A DNA stretch of 64,000 bases, from positions 201,934,001-201,998,000 of the forward strand of contig OZ024741.1 of the NCBI GenBank assembly GCA_964016885.1, read 5' to 3'. The number at the start of each line of letters is the position of its first letter. The stretch's first letter is position 1. A program made the translations under genes and the position numbers. Source of the stretch: Eledone cirrhosa (lineage: Eukaryota). The notes below the pieces were generated by a model that was not told the DNA's origin, did not search any database, and saw only the letters and a list, made by a program, of their open reading frames with translations. Positions 16,257-30,295 of the stretch are shown one piece after another.

Positions 16257-16780
16257 CTCTCATTTCCTGTCTCTAACATCTCAGTTGTCCTCTCTTGAGA
16301 CATTAGCCTCTCAGTTGTCCTCTCTTGAGACATAAGTCTCTCACTTCCTGTCTCTAACATATCTGTTGTCCTCTCTTGAGACATAAGTCTCTCACTTCCT
16401 GTCTCTAACATCTCAGTTGTCCTCTCTTGAGACATCAGTCTCTCACTTCCTGTCTCTAACATCTCAGTTGTCCTCTCTTGAGACAAGTCTCTCACTTCCT
16501 GTCTCTAACATCTCAGTTGTCCTCTCTTGAGACAAGTCTCTCACTTCCTGTCTCTAACATCTCAGTTGTCCTCTCTTGAGACAAGTCTCTCACTTCCTGT
16601 CTCTAATATCTCAGTTGTCCTCTCTTAAGACATAAGTCTCTCACTTCCTGTCTCTAACATCTCTGTTGTCCTCTCTTGAGACATAAGTCTCTCACTTCCT
16701 GTCTCTAACATCTCAGTTGTCCTCTCTTGAGACATAAGTCTCTCACTTCCTGTCTCTAACATCTCAGTTGTCCTCTCTTA
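16257..16780. repeat. 51-bp (some 49-bp) minisatellite, about 10 copies
   Basis: Unit CTCTCACTTCCTGTCTCTAACATCTCAGTTGTCCTCTCTTGAGACATAAGT. Confidence 0.95.
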
Positions 16781-19429
16781 TCCTTCACACATTTTTGCTG
16801 TCTACAGTATATTTTTATATTTCAACTCCTATCTTTAAAGTAGTGTTTTCCTATATTTAGAATCCACTCCCCTCCATCATTCAACTAGATATTAGCAACA
16901 AAGACTTTCAGTTATTCTAGTTCCTAGTTTCTTTTCCTCAATCTTCTCAGTTCAACTTCCCTATCTGTTACTCTTCAAACTCTTTGAACTGTCATCAGTT
17001 ATTTGTTCATCTCTCAGCTTGCATCAAGCACATTTATTTCACATTTGATGATTTATAATTTTTGGTGGTTTCAACAAGCATTCCATTGCAATGCTGCAGA
17101 AGTCAATTTTTTTTTTACTATTCTGAACTCTCTGCAATAGTTAGTACCATCACTTAATGTTTGCTTAACCAACATACACACACACATTACACTTCTGATC
17201 TCTTTCTCATGTCTAAATTCTTTTTCGTAATCTATGACTGTTTCTACCTCTGTAATGTCCTCTGATTCACTGCACAACACTCCACCTCCATAATCCAATG
17301 GCACTTTAAAATCAGCTTACTGATTGGATCTCCACCAGTTTTATGCTATCCCTGGCAGCAAATGTGTATCACTTTGGACTCATCCAAAGCAGCTAATCCA
17401 TAACTCCTATGTAGTTTACATACAGCTATGTTACATCAGTACATGCAATGAACACAACCAACCTTCATTAACTGTGTAGTCTTCACTTATCACTACAACA
17501 CCTACAAAATTGCCATCAAGAAAGCAAGAGATACTTTTAGCCATTGCACAAACTATAGGCTCATTTGCCTCCCAAATTGACATGGCTCTTTCTAATCTAT
17601 ATTCTATCATCTGCTAGGCCTCACAATCCCTGATGATCCAACATACTTAACATAGCTAAAACTGTTTCCAAAAGACTAGTCTTCTCGTCAGGGCCAAAAG
17701 TTACTTCAGTTGAAATCACTTATGGTGTACTGCTTCCATTCCTAAGACAGTACTACTAACATCCAAATGATTAACAGACTTACCAACACAGTATAACCTC
17801 TAGCCTACAGGTGTGCTGTTTCTTCTTTCGCCTATTTTGATGCTCCTACAAAGGCTGTTGCTCCAGCTAGTTGTATATCACCTTAAACTAGACCCATGTC
17901 TCTCCTCTTATCACTCTTTCTTTCCTGTCCTCAGACACAGCCCTCTATAAATGTTCAAGCTGAACATCAGCCGTATCGATCTTACCTGTCTAGAAGGGCC
18001 TGTATGAGTGGGGGGAGTGCTTCCTTTATTCCTGATTAAGCTATAAAAAAAGCCCAATATTAATATCAGACTTTTGTTACTGAACCTGATTAGTCTTTAT
18101 AAGCAAAACTTGTCATTATCCCAACCGTCCATTATATATATGTATGAAATTGATATCTATACTGTGTAGGCTTTGTAAAATATTCATACCTATATTATGT
18201 GAATTGCAAGCCAGAAAAATTCTTTCTCGGATAGAGAATGAATTTTGCAGTGTTTAGGGCCTTATATTAGGGAATCCTTTAAACATTTGTTAATTCATAT
18301 TCTAAATTACTGATTTCAGTCATGGATTTGTCTTTTTTGTGTAATATGGCATGAAAAGAAAACACATTTTTATACAAATTTAATGGAAAGTATGTTGCAT
18401 TAATGTTTGTTTTCCTGCTTTAAGTGACATTTTATCAATTCAGTATTGATAATCACTAGTTTAACATGTTTTGATTTATTTAGATTAGATTGGTTAACTT
18501 CATAATCTAAACTATTATAAAGTAAGCAGTGCAGGACTGCGTCCGGAATAAATTTTTTTATCCCGTTTGTAAAATAAGTTGGATTACTTTGAATAAATAA
18601 TGAGTGAATATTACATAATTTATGTACTAAATTTCGTATTTATAAATAATTTGGAATTGACTTCTTTTCAAATTTATAAATTTCTACACTTCCGGTATAT
18701 CGTCGCCACCACCACCACTTGAACTACCATATATATAGAAAGAGAGAGATAGTGATTATGATTTTCTACATGCTGACGCGTATGATTGTGCACATACATA
18801 CATCTATATGTATGAGTATATAACTATAATCACGCAAACACAAACTTATAAAAATACACGCACACGGACATACATTCAGATAAATACACACACAGTCACA
18901 CATATACATTTACACAAACACACACATACAGTCATGATAGCGTTCGGTGAATTGGAAACGGGAGGGTAAAACAAGTATAATGTTTTATTTATTTATTAAC
19001 AACAGTTTAACTCTTTTTTTTTTAAACTCATTTGTATAAAAATGTAATATAATGCTTACAGAACGAAAACACAAACAAATATAATATATACAAAGGAAAG
19101 GGAAAATAGCTCTTCCAGCGCATCTCCCTTACCATCCTCCGGAGAAACGTCTTCTCCATCCTGTCCGCCGAGGTTGTGGGGATGCCGGCACGTGGACCCC
19201 ATTTGCTCATACAGATTAATAGGCAAAGTTGTAAACTATTATGATAATGTAGTTAGCTAACAGAACACGGTAGCAAAATAGTCACTAACTCTGACGTCCC
19301 ATTCACACAAATACACATACTTTCACACATATATATTTACACAAACACACACATACAGTCATGATAGCGTTCGGGGAATTGGAAACGGGAGGGTAAAAGT
19401 ACAACTTTTTATTTATTTATTAACAGTTT

Positions 19430-20122
19430 AACTCTTTTTTTTTTTTAAACTCATTTGTATAAAAATTTAATATAATGATTACAGAATGAAAACACTAACA
19501 AATATAATATATACAAAGGAAAAAAAGAAAGAGAAAAATACACAATCACGTAATACACACATCTTAGACCTCATAGAACAAATGCGGGCGAAAGAATGGA
19601 AAAACAAGACGCTACCAGAGCAAAAGATAGCAATGTAGCGAGAAGCACTGGGAAACCTCTCCAATAATTTTTGAGGCGAGCCCACACGCTTGCAGCGTTA
19701 CCTGAGGTAATGGCAAGGCTGAGGTGCAGGAACAACCAAATGTCCTCACGAGCATCACCAGTTACCTCTGTTTGGCGAGCCCCAAGTGAAGATAAGAACC
19801 TCGCTGTTAGTAGCCCGACTCCCCCAAACATCTCGAACGCCACAGGCTGGATAATGTAGTTAGCTGACAGATCACGGTATTTTAGGATTTTGTTCCGTTC
19901 AGCTGTGGATGCTGTAGCTCTCGCCCTTACCGCTGCATCCAGAATGTGGGTAGAAGCAAAAGAGTCACTAACTGTGACGTCCCAGATAAGGCACCTGCCT
20001 CTTGACCTGGAGCACAGAGTAAGACCGTCAAGTCTTTTCCCATCAATTCTGGACAACCCAGACGGTTCCAAAATTGAGGGGATGTTTGCCCGGGCCAAAG
20101 CTCTTGAGTGGAAATAGGACAG
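19430..20122 (-). mobile_element. CRE-like non-LTR retrotransposon 3' end (restriction-like endonuclease)
   Basis: EPSGLSRIDGKRLDG...WDVT...AERNKILKY...PVAFEMFG...LSLAITSGNA. Related fragments at ~19020..19300 and ~29280..29510. Confidence 0.8.
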
Positions 20123-20284
20123 TGCGTGTATGTGTACGCCCGAGTTTGTCGGTGTTCTTAAATTAGAGACGTGTGTATGTGTGTGTGCCACTGTTTTTAA
20201 GTTAGAGACATATATGTGTGTATCCCTTTTCTTCCTTTTACACACACATTCATTCACACAAACGCACATACACATTGTGTGATG

Positions 20285-20900
20285 GACGGGTGGACAGAAG
20301 TCCCTCAAATTTATATACATGTGAATGGAGTTCTACTGAAGCAGTTAGAGAAGTTCAAGTATCTTGGGGCCGTGTTCATGAGTGATGAAATGCAGGAGGC
20401 TGAATTAAGTGCAAGAATTGCAAAAGCTGATGCAGTAATGCCTCAGATTCAGCAATCAGAAGAAGGGAGTAGGTGTAAAAGCCAAACTCGCTGTCTTCCT
20501 GGTATTCCTGCCAACTCTTACTGAGGATCATGAATCTTGAGTAATGACCAAAAGAATACAATTGCAAATAAAAGCGGCAGAAATGGGATTCCTCCGAAGG
20601 GTCTTTGGAGTAACGTTACTCGATAAAGTGTGTAGCTCAGAGACTAGAGAGTCACTCCTGGTAGAGCCGCTACTTCTCCAAATTGAGAGAACACAACTCC
20701 GATATTATGAGCATGTGGTTGGAATGTCTCAGTAAAGAATCGCTGGACACATTTTACAGACAAAACCAACTGTCAAGAGTCCCTGAGCAAGATAGTTGGA
20801 TAACATCCATGAGCTTGGCTGGTCACGCTTTGGGATCCAGCTGCATCAGTTTGAGAAAGATTCTGCCCCCACAACCCTCTCAGAAATAAGTGGGCAAAGA
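20285..20900 (+). mobile_element. Decayed RTE-type LINE 3' fragment (third family)
   Basis: KFKYLGAVF, AAEMGFLRRV, IERTQLRYYEHV. Related pieces at 25230..25790(-), 25800..26210(+), 26410..26690(+), 35270..36000(-), 36000..36330(+). Confidence 0.75.
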
Positions 20901-22649
20901 AGATATTGTCAATTTACTTTTCACTTTACATATATATATATTTGCGTATAATACCAATATGCACACTACATATGCTCGCAGAAAACCGCCTGTGGGTGGT
21001 TTTTCTGCTAGTTTCTTTAATCATTGTACAAACACCTATTATCTGGAATCACATATCATCTGTATATTAAAGAACATGCACACATACTTTAGTTCTTAGA
21101 AATATTCACAATCATCATGGGTAAAAAACATGTCAGTTGCATCAATAGTTCTTAATGTTTCTGTGATAGCTTTTCTGCTTTGAATTTGCATGTTATTTTT
21201 TTTTTATACCTAATTTTTATTTCTCTAATAAATTTAACATTATTTCCTATTTTTTCATCATTCACAATTTTGCTGTTGTGTTCTATTTTAAATAAATTTC
21301 AAAAGCTTATAATTGACTACAGTTGATTTTTGTGATAAATTTATATCTTCTAACAACTTCTACAACCACCAGATTCAAATTTATTAACTATTATTATAAT
21401 CTCTTTTGTTTGATATCTAACTGGGTAAAAATTAGACCACACTGACTGGTCAGTAATTCAATTTACTTCAATGCTCTAATTTGTCATAACATTATATGTG
21501 ATTACTGCATCTCTGTTGGTTTTAAAATACAAATAAGTATTTAGATCTATTATATTTCAACTCACTTCTGGGATACATTATTTGTATATATGAACGAGCC
21601 TGTAACTCCTGGTCGAATTGTAAGGGTCCTGTAGTAACTTTAAACCTGGCAGAACCCATCCTTTAACCAGGTCTGAACAGCCAATTTTTTCAGAGGAAGA
21701 GAAAGAGTGAGGGAGATGGAGAAAGTAAAGGAAGAATTGACTCCACTATCAACTCCAAAAAGATGAAAAGCAAAGTTGACCTTGGTGGGATCCAAACTCA
21801 GAGCCAGAACGAATACAGCAAAGCATTCTATCCAATGTTCTAATGATTCTGCCAATTCGCTGCCTTGGGATGCATTATAAAAATATAGAATAAACTGGGA
21901 TTTAAACCAAGCAGAAATTAGTTTCAAGAATCACTCTATATACTGACATCAAGAAATAAATGTACTTAACTTGTACATAATAACACATTATATATCAACA
22001 AATAGACTGCTGTGGAATCACACAAGGGAAATTATCAATAAGTTGAAAGATGTTTATGGAGGATCTGAAAAATAAACAGAATTAATGGTTTGAAATTTGA
22101 AAGGCAGAAGCTTTCTTTAGATTGACAAAGTTGTTACAGCATTGGACAAATGTTTAGCAGCATTTCATTGGGCTCTTTACGTTCTGAGTTCAAATCTTGC
22201 TGGGGTCAACTTTGCCTTTCAACCTCCCAAGCTGTATAAAAAGGTGCAGAGCAATCAAAGTTGATGGAAACTATGAAAGACCTGGGATGAGGTGATAAAA
22301 GCTGACCTTGCTCAACTGAACCTCTCAAAGTCAATGACACAGGATCGAGATCTTTGGCATTACACAGCAATGCAGAAGACACGGCTTCCCATGCGCACAG
22401 AATCAAACATATATCTAGTAGGCACCTCTTAACCACTATCCTCCCTCCCCCTTCCATGCCACAACAAAAAGAACCCAGCACACACTGTAAATGTGGTTGG
22501 CGTTAGGAAGGGCATTCAGCCATAGAAGCCAAACCAGAAACAGTTCTGTATAAGCAAGACAGTTTCCTAACCCGACTTGTCCAAAATAGGATAACCCATC
22601 TAATCCATGCTAGTGTGAAAAATAGACATTAAGCAATGATTATGATGAC

Positions 22650-22727
<78 letters not shown>

Positions 22728-22731
<4 letters not shown>

Positions 22732-24016
22732 GTGCGGACAATATTTGTTCGCAAGATTACTGTCTAGGAAAAATTAACACAGTAGTTTTATTTTTTAAGA
22801 TATATTTATCAAACTTGGGTCAGTTTGTCTTTATGACTTGTTCTTTCGATCTCACTCGATAAACTCGCCATTGGCTTTGATGACGGCCTCAAGGAGGCCT
22901 CGGAACCGGCTACAGGCCTTCGTCACTGTCCCTCGACTTAGACCCCTAAAGGCACTTGTGATCCTGGCCTTCAGATCGTCTTTCGTATTGCAGCTAGATC
23001 TGTTGGTGTCTCGTTCCACTGCGCCCCACACAAAGAAGTCGAGAGGGTTGCAGTAAGGCGAGCTGAGAGGCCAGATGTCAGGTGAAGTGTGGTCGACGAA
23101 GTTCTCTTACAGCCAGGCTTGGGTCTTTTGGCTGGTATGGCAGGGCGCTGAGTCTTGCTGCCACACGTACGGCCTACCTGCAGCTACCTGGTCGATCCAG
23201 GGCTTTACTACCTAACTCAGAACGCGGATGTAACCATCGGTGTTTAGCTTGAGGCCCTCAGGGAAGAAGTGAGGTTGTATGACGACACCTAAGACCAATG
23301 TTGTCGCTGGAAACTTTGTCTGCATGACTCTGGGCACGTCTTTGGATGAGACAGCGAACCACCTGTTGTTCTGGGAGTTGATCTTCTGGTCTTGGCAGAA
23401 GTTTTTCTCGTAGTAGAAAAACCACAGCATGTCTGGCTCCAGTGGGTGTTTCAACTTGTTGATCAGCTTCTTTGCGTGCTTCAGTCGCTTTTCTTGCATC
23501 GCCTTTGACAGAAATTGTCCTTTCCTCATCTTGTATGAAACATAGCGAATGTCTTCATGTACCACCAGCCTAATGAGCTTTTCATCCACGCCTTTCTCCC
23601 TTGCAATGGCATGCATCGACTTGCTAGGTTCATTGTTGATGATATCCTGAACTTCAGCGACGAACTCGGGCGTTCTGAAGGTGTCAGATCGTCGATCATG
23701 TGTTTTCCTCTCTGATGTTGCTTCGTAGTCGAATCCTGAATCTTCCAATTCCTTTCTGACCTTTTCCACCATTCTCCTGCTGACGCTGAGAAAGTCTGAA
23801 ATTTCCTTATTTGTCCTCCCGGCGCGGATTCCAAGAAGAACTCCGTGTCTCTTCCACAAATTTGGAGGTTCAAAATTATTCATAATCAATTATTCTGAAA
23901 ATAAATAATGGAAATATAGTCACTGTTTTTATGAAGACAAGAGTGACAACGGAAGTAAAAAGAATTTGCATAAAATTAGCAGTTGAAAATTGCGAACAAA
24001 TATCGTCCACACCCTG
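22728..24016 (-). mobile_element. Full-length Tc1/mariner transposon, DD37D (maT-type), transposase with stops
   Basis: TIRs CAGAGTGCGGACAATATTTGTTCGCAA / TTGCGAACAAATATCGTCCACACCCTG with TA flanks. QQD...NPLD separated by 37 residues. In-frame stops at ~23212 and ~23108. Confidence 0.9.
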
Positions 24017-24429
24017 TATATATATATATACATACACGAGGGTGGGCTGAAAAGTTCATAGGCTGACTCTTAGAATTCTGTGATGCGAATGAGCTAACCA
24101 TTTGCAACACAAATTTCAGGAATTCAGCCAACCACCTGATTTCATGTACATGTATAGTTTACATGTACTGTCAGGGTGGTAGTTCCATAGCTGTGTTCTG
24201 TGGTTTACATTTTCTGTCAGGATGGTAGCACTGTAGTTGTATTGTAGGGTTTACATGCCTTGTCAGGATGGCAGTACAGCAGTTTTGTTGTTGTATGATT
24301 TACATGTTGTTTCAGTGTGGTAGTGCTGCAGCAGTGTTGTTGTATACATTACCTGTTCTGCCAGGGTGGTAGTGCTATAGCATTGTTGTATGGATTACAT
24401 GTTGTGTCTTGCTTGTAGTGTTGTATGAA

Positions 24430-25160
24430 AGTTGTATGAAAGTGACCGAAAGAGTTATAGCACAGCTAATTAGGGAAAGAGTCAAATTAGTTTGGTTTTG
24501 TGCCTGGGAAAAGTACTACTGATGCCCTCTTTCTCGTGAGGCAACTACTAGGGAAGTTTCTAACCAAGAATAAGACACAATATTCAGCCTTTGTTGATCT
24601 AGAAAAGGCCTTTGACAAAGTAACTCAATCTATTATGTAGTGATCCTTAAGGAAATTAGGTGTAGAAGAATGAGTTGTGAGAGCTGTGTAAGCCATTTAC
24701 AAAGGAGCTGGCAGTAAAAAGTAGGAAGTGGTTTTAATGAGGAATTCAAAGTGCATCAAGGATCAGTTCTTAGCCCACTGTTGTTCATCATAGTTCTACA
24801 GAGGAGTTCAAGACTAACTGTCCATGGGAACTTCTCTATGCAGATGATCTGATCTTTATAGCTGAATCCATAAAATAACTAGAGAATAAGTTCTGACTAC
24901 GGAAACTGAATTTGGAATAAAAAGGTCTGAGAGTAAACTAACCAAAATTAAACTGCCGGTAAGTAAGAAAGAATATAGGACCCTGATTCCTTCAGGGAAG
25001 TGGCCCTGCTCAATATATAGAAAAAGAGTAGGCATAAACTTCATATGATGTACACAATGTAAATCTTATGTGCACAAGAAATGTAGTGAGATAATAGGTA
25101 GACTATAGGAAGGGAAGACTTTGTATGTAAAATATACACAAGGGTAATCGAGAGGAAGAA
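24430..25160 (+). mobile_element. Heavily decayed RTE RT fragment
   Basis: Homologous to 6820..7560 (FVDLEKAFD, HQGSVLSP, WELLYADD). Confidence 0.75.
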
Positions 25161-26408
25161 TATCACTTGTATGAATACTTCATATGATTGGAAAAGGTTT
25201 TTATCACTGATATTCTTCCTCTCGATCAGAATCAACCATCTCCAACTGATCCAGCTGGATCCCCAAGCATAACCAGCCAAGCTCATAGATGTTATCCACC
25301 CATCTTGCTCAGGGTCTACCCCTGGATCTCCTGCTGGTTGGGTTTGCCCATAAAATCTGTCCAATAATTCTTTCCAGAGACATTCTAACCACATGCCCAT
25401 AGTATCAGAGCTGTGATCTTTCAATTTGGAGAAGTAGTGGCTCTATCTGGAGTGATTCTCTGATCTATGAGCTACACACTTTATTGAGTGATGTTACTCC
25501 AAAGATCCTTCAGAGCAACCCCATTCTGGCTGCTTGTATTTGTGACTGTATTTTTTCAGTCATTACCCAAGATTCATGACCATAGGTAAGGGTTGGTGCA
25601 AATACTAAATTGAAGATAGCAAGTTTGGCTTTACACCTACCTCTCTTCTGATTACCGAATACTGAAGCTGGCCTTCCATCACTGGTGAATATGGCCCTGA
25701 AATACTTGAATTTCTCCACCTGCTTCAGTGGAACTCCATTCACATGTAGAGTGCACTACAAAGGCTTCCCTGAGAGGACAAACGTCTCAGTTTTCACAGT
25801 AGGTCTTTGAGAAATCATGGAAGTACTGCTAAGAGGTGTATTCTTGCTTTGTAGATCTCGAAAAGGCATTTGACTGTGTTCCACAGGACCTGCAGTGGAA
25901 GGTATCGATGGTCAGTTTGGTGCCCTGATGTCTCTATACATATACCCAAGTATTTATGATCAGATAAACGGTACTAAATGAAAAGCATTCAATGTGGGAG
26001 TTGGACTCCTCCAAGGGTGCACCTGTCATCTCTCCTGTTCATTATTTACATGAACAGGATTGACATGTGCAGCCAGGCTGGAAGTGGTATTATGACTGGC
26101 AGGTGTAGAATAAGTCGGCTGGAATTTGCAGACAGCACGGTATTACTTAATTTGACTTGGACTTGATAGGTTTGATGCTGAGTACAGCATAGCTGGAATG
26201 AAAATCAGAAAATTAGTAATAATTTCTAAATCCTTCCAAATTCTTGATTGCCTAAGATTTTCAATTCATTTAAAAATCAGTGTCTTTCATTAGAAATACA
26301 AGCAGAAAAACCACCTTTCGGGTGGTTTTCTGCTCGCATGTTTAGTCTGTATATTGATATTATACGCAGGCATATATACATGTAGATATGATACATCAAA
26401 TAAAATCG

Positions 26409-28006
26409 TAATTGACCGAATTTAGAGATCACAGCTCTGATACTATGAGCATCTGGTTAAAATGTCCAATGAAAGAATCACTGGACAGATTTTACGGGCA
26501 AAACCAGCCAGCAGGAGACCCAGGGGTAGACTCTGAAGAAGATGGTTGGATAACATCCTTGAGCGTGGCTGGTCTCACTTGGGGATCCAGCCAGATCAGT
26601 TGGAGACGGTTGTTTCTGACAGGATCTGCTTGAAGGAGTGTTTGAGAACTTTGCTCCCATGACCCTCTCAGGAATAAGTGAGTGAAGAAGAAGATATTAA
26701 AGAACCATTTCAGGATATTTGAAGCTATATGCTTAGTATAAGGTGAATTAAACTATGTGGTGAGCCTTTTACGTTTAAACTACTACCTAAAGTTGAGGTG
26801 TAATTATCTAATGGCTGTAAGTTGTGTGAGGGAAAACAGAAATTCAATTCATTATTGTTGCTATGAGAATCGTTATTTAGGGATATCAATATTTAGGGAT
26901 ATCAAGGAACTTACTAGAGATATTATGAATTTGTGTTGAATTTGAAAGTTTATGCTGTATCATACCTTTCCTTCTCGCCTTATTTAAATACTTATACTTA
27001 TGGTTCACATTTCTATTGTTGTTGACGTATAAACGATCTTTCATACTTACACTAACCCTATTAATCTTAATAGATGGAGTATTGACATGGTCAATAGTTT
27101 TATTGTTTCAATCATCTAGGTTTGATTCTATATCAAGGCCATACTTATTCAATACTACTATTTCAATAACACAATCAAAATGTGTTCCCACACTTTTTTA
27201 GCACTAAACCAATATATATACTGCTAGTATATATAATGCTAGTATGTGTAGTCCGTATATTGATATTATACGCAAGTATATATATACATGTAGATATGAT
27301 ACATCAAAATAAAATCATAATTGACAATATATAATACATAGAAATTGAACGAAGACTGTGTTACACTGTCTTATTTAATCAGTAACGTAATCCATGATAC
27401 ATTAAAAAAGACGATATTATATATTAGGAGAAAATTAGTGACAGAAATATATGAATATTTATTTAAACAATCGTTAACCGGAAGTGGTGACATTTGAAAA
27501 TTTTAAAGAAGTGAATCTTTAAATAAGTAATAAAATATATTTATTAAACAGCCACGAAATTTAGTAGATAAATTATGTAATATTCATTCATTATTTATTC
27601 AAAGTAATCCAACTTATTTTACTAAGGGGATAAAAAATTATAAACAGTACGCAGTCCTGCGCTTCTTACTTTATTATAGTTTAGATTGTAACAAAAGTGT
27701 TAAATATTATTATTAGTGTTACATATTCAATGGGAATTTATGTTGTGTCATCATAGATTAAGTGCCATATCTTTGATTGTTGATAATTTACAGTTCTTTT
27801 GCCTATTTTTATTAAAAATTTTAAATCAATATTGTAAAGTACATCAAAAGCAACACTATCACCAATGTACTATTTAAGAAAGAGGGTTGTTCGCAAAAGT
27901 TCTTTGTTAGATATAAAGACAGATTTTTTATGGTAGTAAATGGAAAGGGTGTGTCAAATTTGTAAAAGTTTAGCTGCACGGAAATCCTGAATTCCACTAT
28001 TTGACC
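26409..28006 (+). repeat. ~1.6-kb direct duplication, copy 1
   Basis: Near-identical to 36046..37654. Confidence 0.93.
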
Positions 28007-28959
28007 TAGATTAAGGAATATAGTGAATTGTTTAAACAAGCTATCTTTTACAGAATAAACTTTATGTAAACAGCAATCTATTTTTAAAAGACATACTACC
28101 TACAACACTTATTTAATGCAAGAAAGTGAAACCACACACTGGAAGAAAGTTACGTGATACATATGCATTTGATACTACACAAATATTTGCTGGAGAAAAT
28201 TTGTTAAAGTTCATCAATAATGATATTTCTGACCATACAAAAAACAAGGCTAATGGTTTCTAAGAATTTCTGAAACAAGCAACATCAGAAGTTGTGGTAT
28301 AATTGATAGTAGATGAGGCAACTGATACAGTAAATATGGTATCATCATCATCATCTTCATCATTGGCCCCATCGTTTTTAGCTCCACTCTTCCATGGGTT
28401 GGACAGGATATTACAGTGGGATGTTCTTCCTGATGCCACCACTTTTAGTTTCCTTTTACGGCATACAGAGGAGGAGGAGGAGAAGAAGAAGCAGAAGAAG
28501 ATATTAATTTTGACAAAAAGAGGGGTCAATATATATTGGTACATTATCAAATATTTTTTAAAAAAATAAGTTGCTCTGAAGTGGTAGACCAATGGCCATA
28601 TGTTGAAACACCAATGTGATCTCCACTGTCCTTATCAAGTGGAATACTAACCATTTCACTGACTAGAGATATTCTTACAAGCCTTGTTAATGATTCCATC
28701 TCAACTAGACTTGTCGCAAAAGACACCATGAAGAGTAGCTTTATAACAATGCTTGCTACATTTTTGTTTTCTGATTTGATCTTCGTTGGGTCTTCCTAAC
28801 CTAAAAATCCTTTAAGTATTCCATATAATGTAGTGTATTAATTTAACAGTTTTCTGCATCCTCCCTTTAAATACATTATTGTCTCCCACTCTCCTCGTTA
28901 CACTTGTTTATTCAAAATATACGAGTCTTTTTAATTTACTGTATATCAGAATATCCAGT

Positions 28960-29214
28960 CTACACTAAAGTGGTTGTGTAGGTGTCACGACAAAAAAGCA
29001 CCAAGTCCACGCTGTAAAATGGTCGTGTAGGAGACACAGTAAAAGGCTCCCAGTCCACACTGTAAATGTGGTTGGTGTTAGGAAGGGCATCCAGCCATAG
29101 AAAACCTGTCAGATACAGTCCTATACGAGTGAGACACGGTCACCCGATCAATCTTGCCTCAAGTGGGACAATTCCCGTGCTAGCGTGGAAGATAGACGTT
29201 AAACGATGATGATG
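28960..29214 (+). mobile_element. RTE-type 3'UTR fragment
   Basis: GGTTGGTGTTAGGAAGGGCATCCAG...GACGTTAAACGATGATG. Others at 22480..22650(+) and 47061..47300(-). Confidence 0.7.
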
Positions 29215-29789
29215 TGTGTATATATCACATACAGTAGTTTTATTCAGAATTGTATAAATAATATTAGAAATAAAAAAGAAAAGGAAAAGGAAAAAAAAGA
29301 TAACAATATCGAGAGGAGCAGTGGGAAACCTCTCTAATTATTTTCGAGGCAATCCAGCACATTTGAAGCGTAACCTTGGGTGAAGGTGGGTCTGATGTGC
29401 GGGAACAGCCAAGCGCCTTTACAAACATCACCAATCACCTCAATTAGGTGAACCACCAGTGATGACAAGAACCTCGAAGTTAGCAGCCCAACTCCCACAA
29501 ACGCCTCGAAGTAATTTATTTTGTATATTTCATGTATAAAAGCTTTTCGTTGTGAGAAATGTACAAGTCTTGAAATGAATTAACCCTTTAGCATTTACAT
29601 TACTCTATATATACTATTGTATTTTTATGGTAAAGGCTTTATCTTAGATAATTATTTCACAATTATCTTAGCAACGATTCTGGTTGAATATATATCTTTA
29701 CTTCACTTCAGCAAAAAGGAAAAATATATGATTACTTCAAATCATAAATATAAACTTTAATTATAGTGTTCAATAAGGCTTCTGTGTTG

Positions 29790-30295
29790 TAATGATAATA
29801 AGGAAATTATTGTGTACAGTGCTCAGGTGCACTACAACTCATCAAAGGTGCATGTATAGTACATAGAATATGTACTATACATGCAGGAAAGTGAACAGTG
29901 TATAAGTCATGATACACTCAGGTGTAGTGTTGGCGAATTTCGGGAAGCATGGAGGTTTTGAAGGATGCAATGTTTCGACAGTTAACAAGTGATGCAGGTA
30001 GTTTGTTCTTTGCTTCAGGAAATCTGAATATGAAAAAATGTTTCTGAAAGTCATGGGAGCTGAGCTGTTTTCTGACTTTGTAGGCATGCCCACAGGTGTT
30101 AGACACATGGAATTCAAAACGGTGCTCAGGGTTGTTGGGTTAATAATTTTGTGGGTATTTACCAAGTCAGTTGCCAGATGTCAGAGCTTCAATATATCCA
30201 TGCCCAAGGAAGCAAGGCATTCAGATTATGGTAGATGCCTTTTGGAGGGTATTCACTTGGCTGCACGTCTCTGAACAGTTTCCAGGAGGTCGATA
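29790..30295 (-). mobile_element. CR1/L2-type LINE 3' fragment
   Basis: LLETVQRRAAK-like start, then HKII...FF..R...N.LPASLVNCRNIASFK, typical of CR1 ORF2 C-termini. Confidence 0.65.

Noticed and set aside
16257-16780. CRISPR-like array
   Set aside because: Units are contiguous with no unique spacers; eukaryotic context, no cas genes. The same applies to 11152..11575 and 44898..45175.
18897-19520. ~200-bp direct repeats resembling LTRs
   Set aside because: They are duplicated CRE-like 3' ends plus flank; no TG..CA, PBS or PPT.
27790-28800. Codon-like stretches after putative acceptors (27793 plus, ~28800 minus)
   Set aside because: Many stops and no recognisable family; cannot support a gene call without BLASTx.
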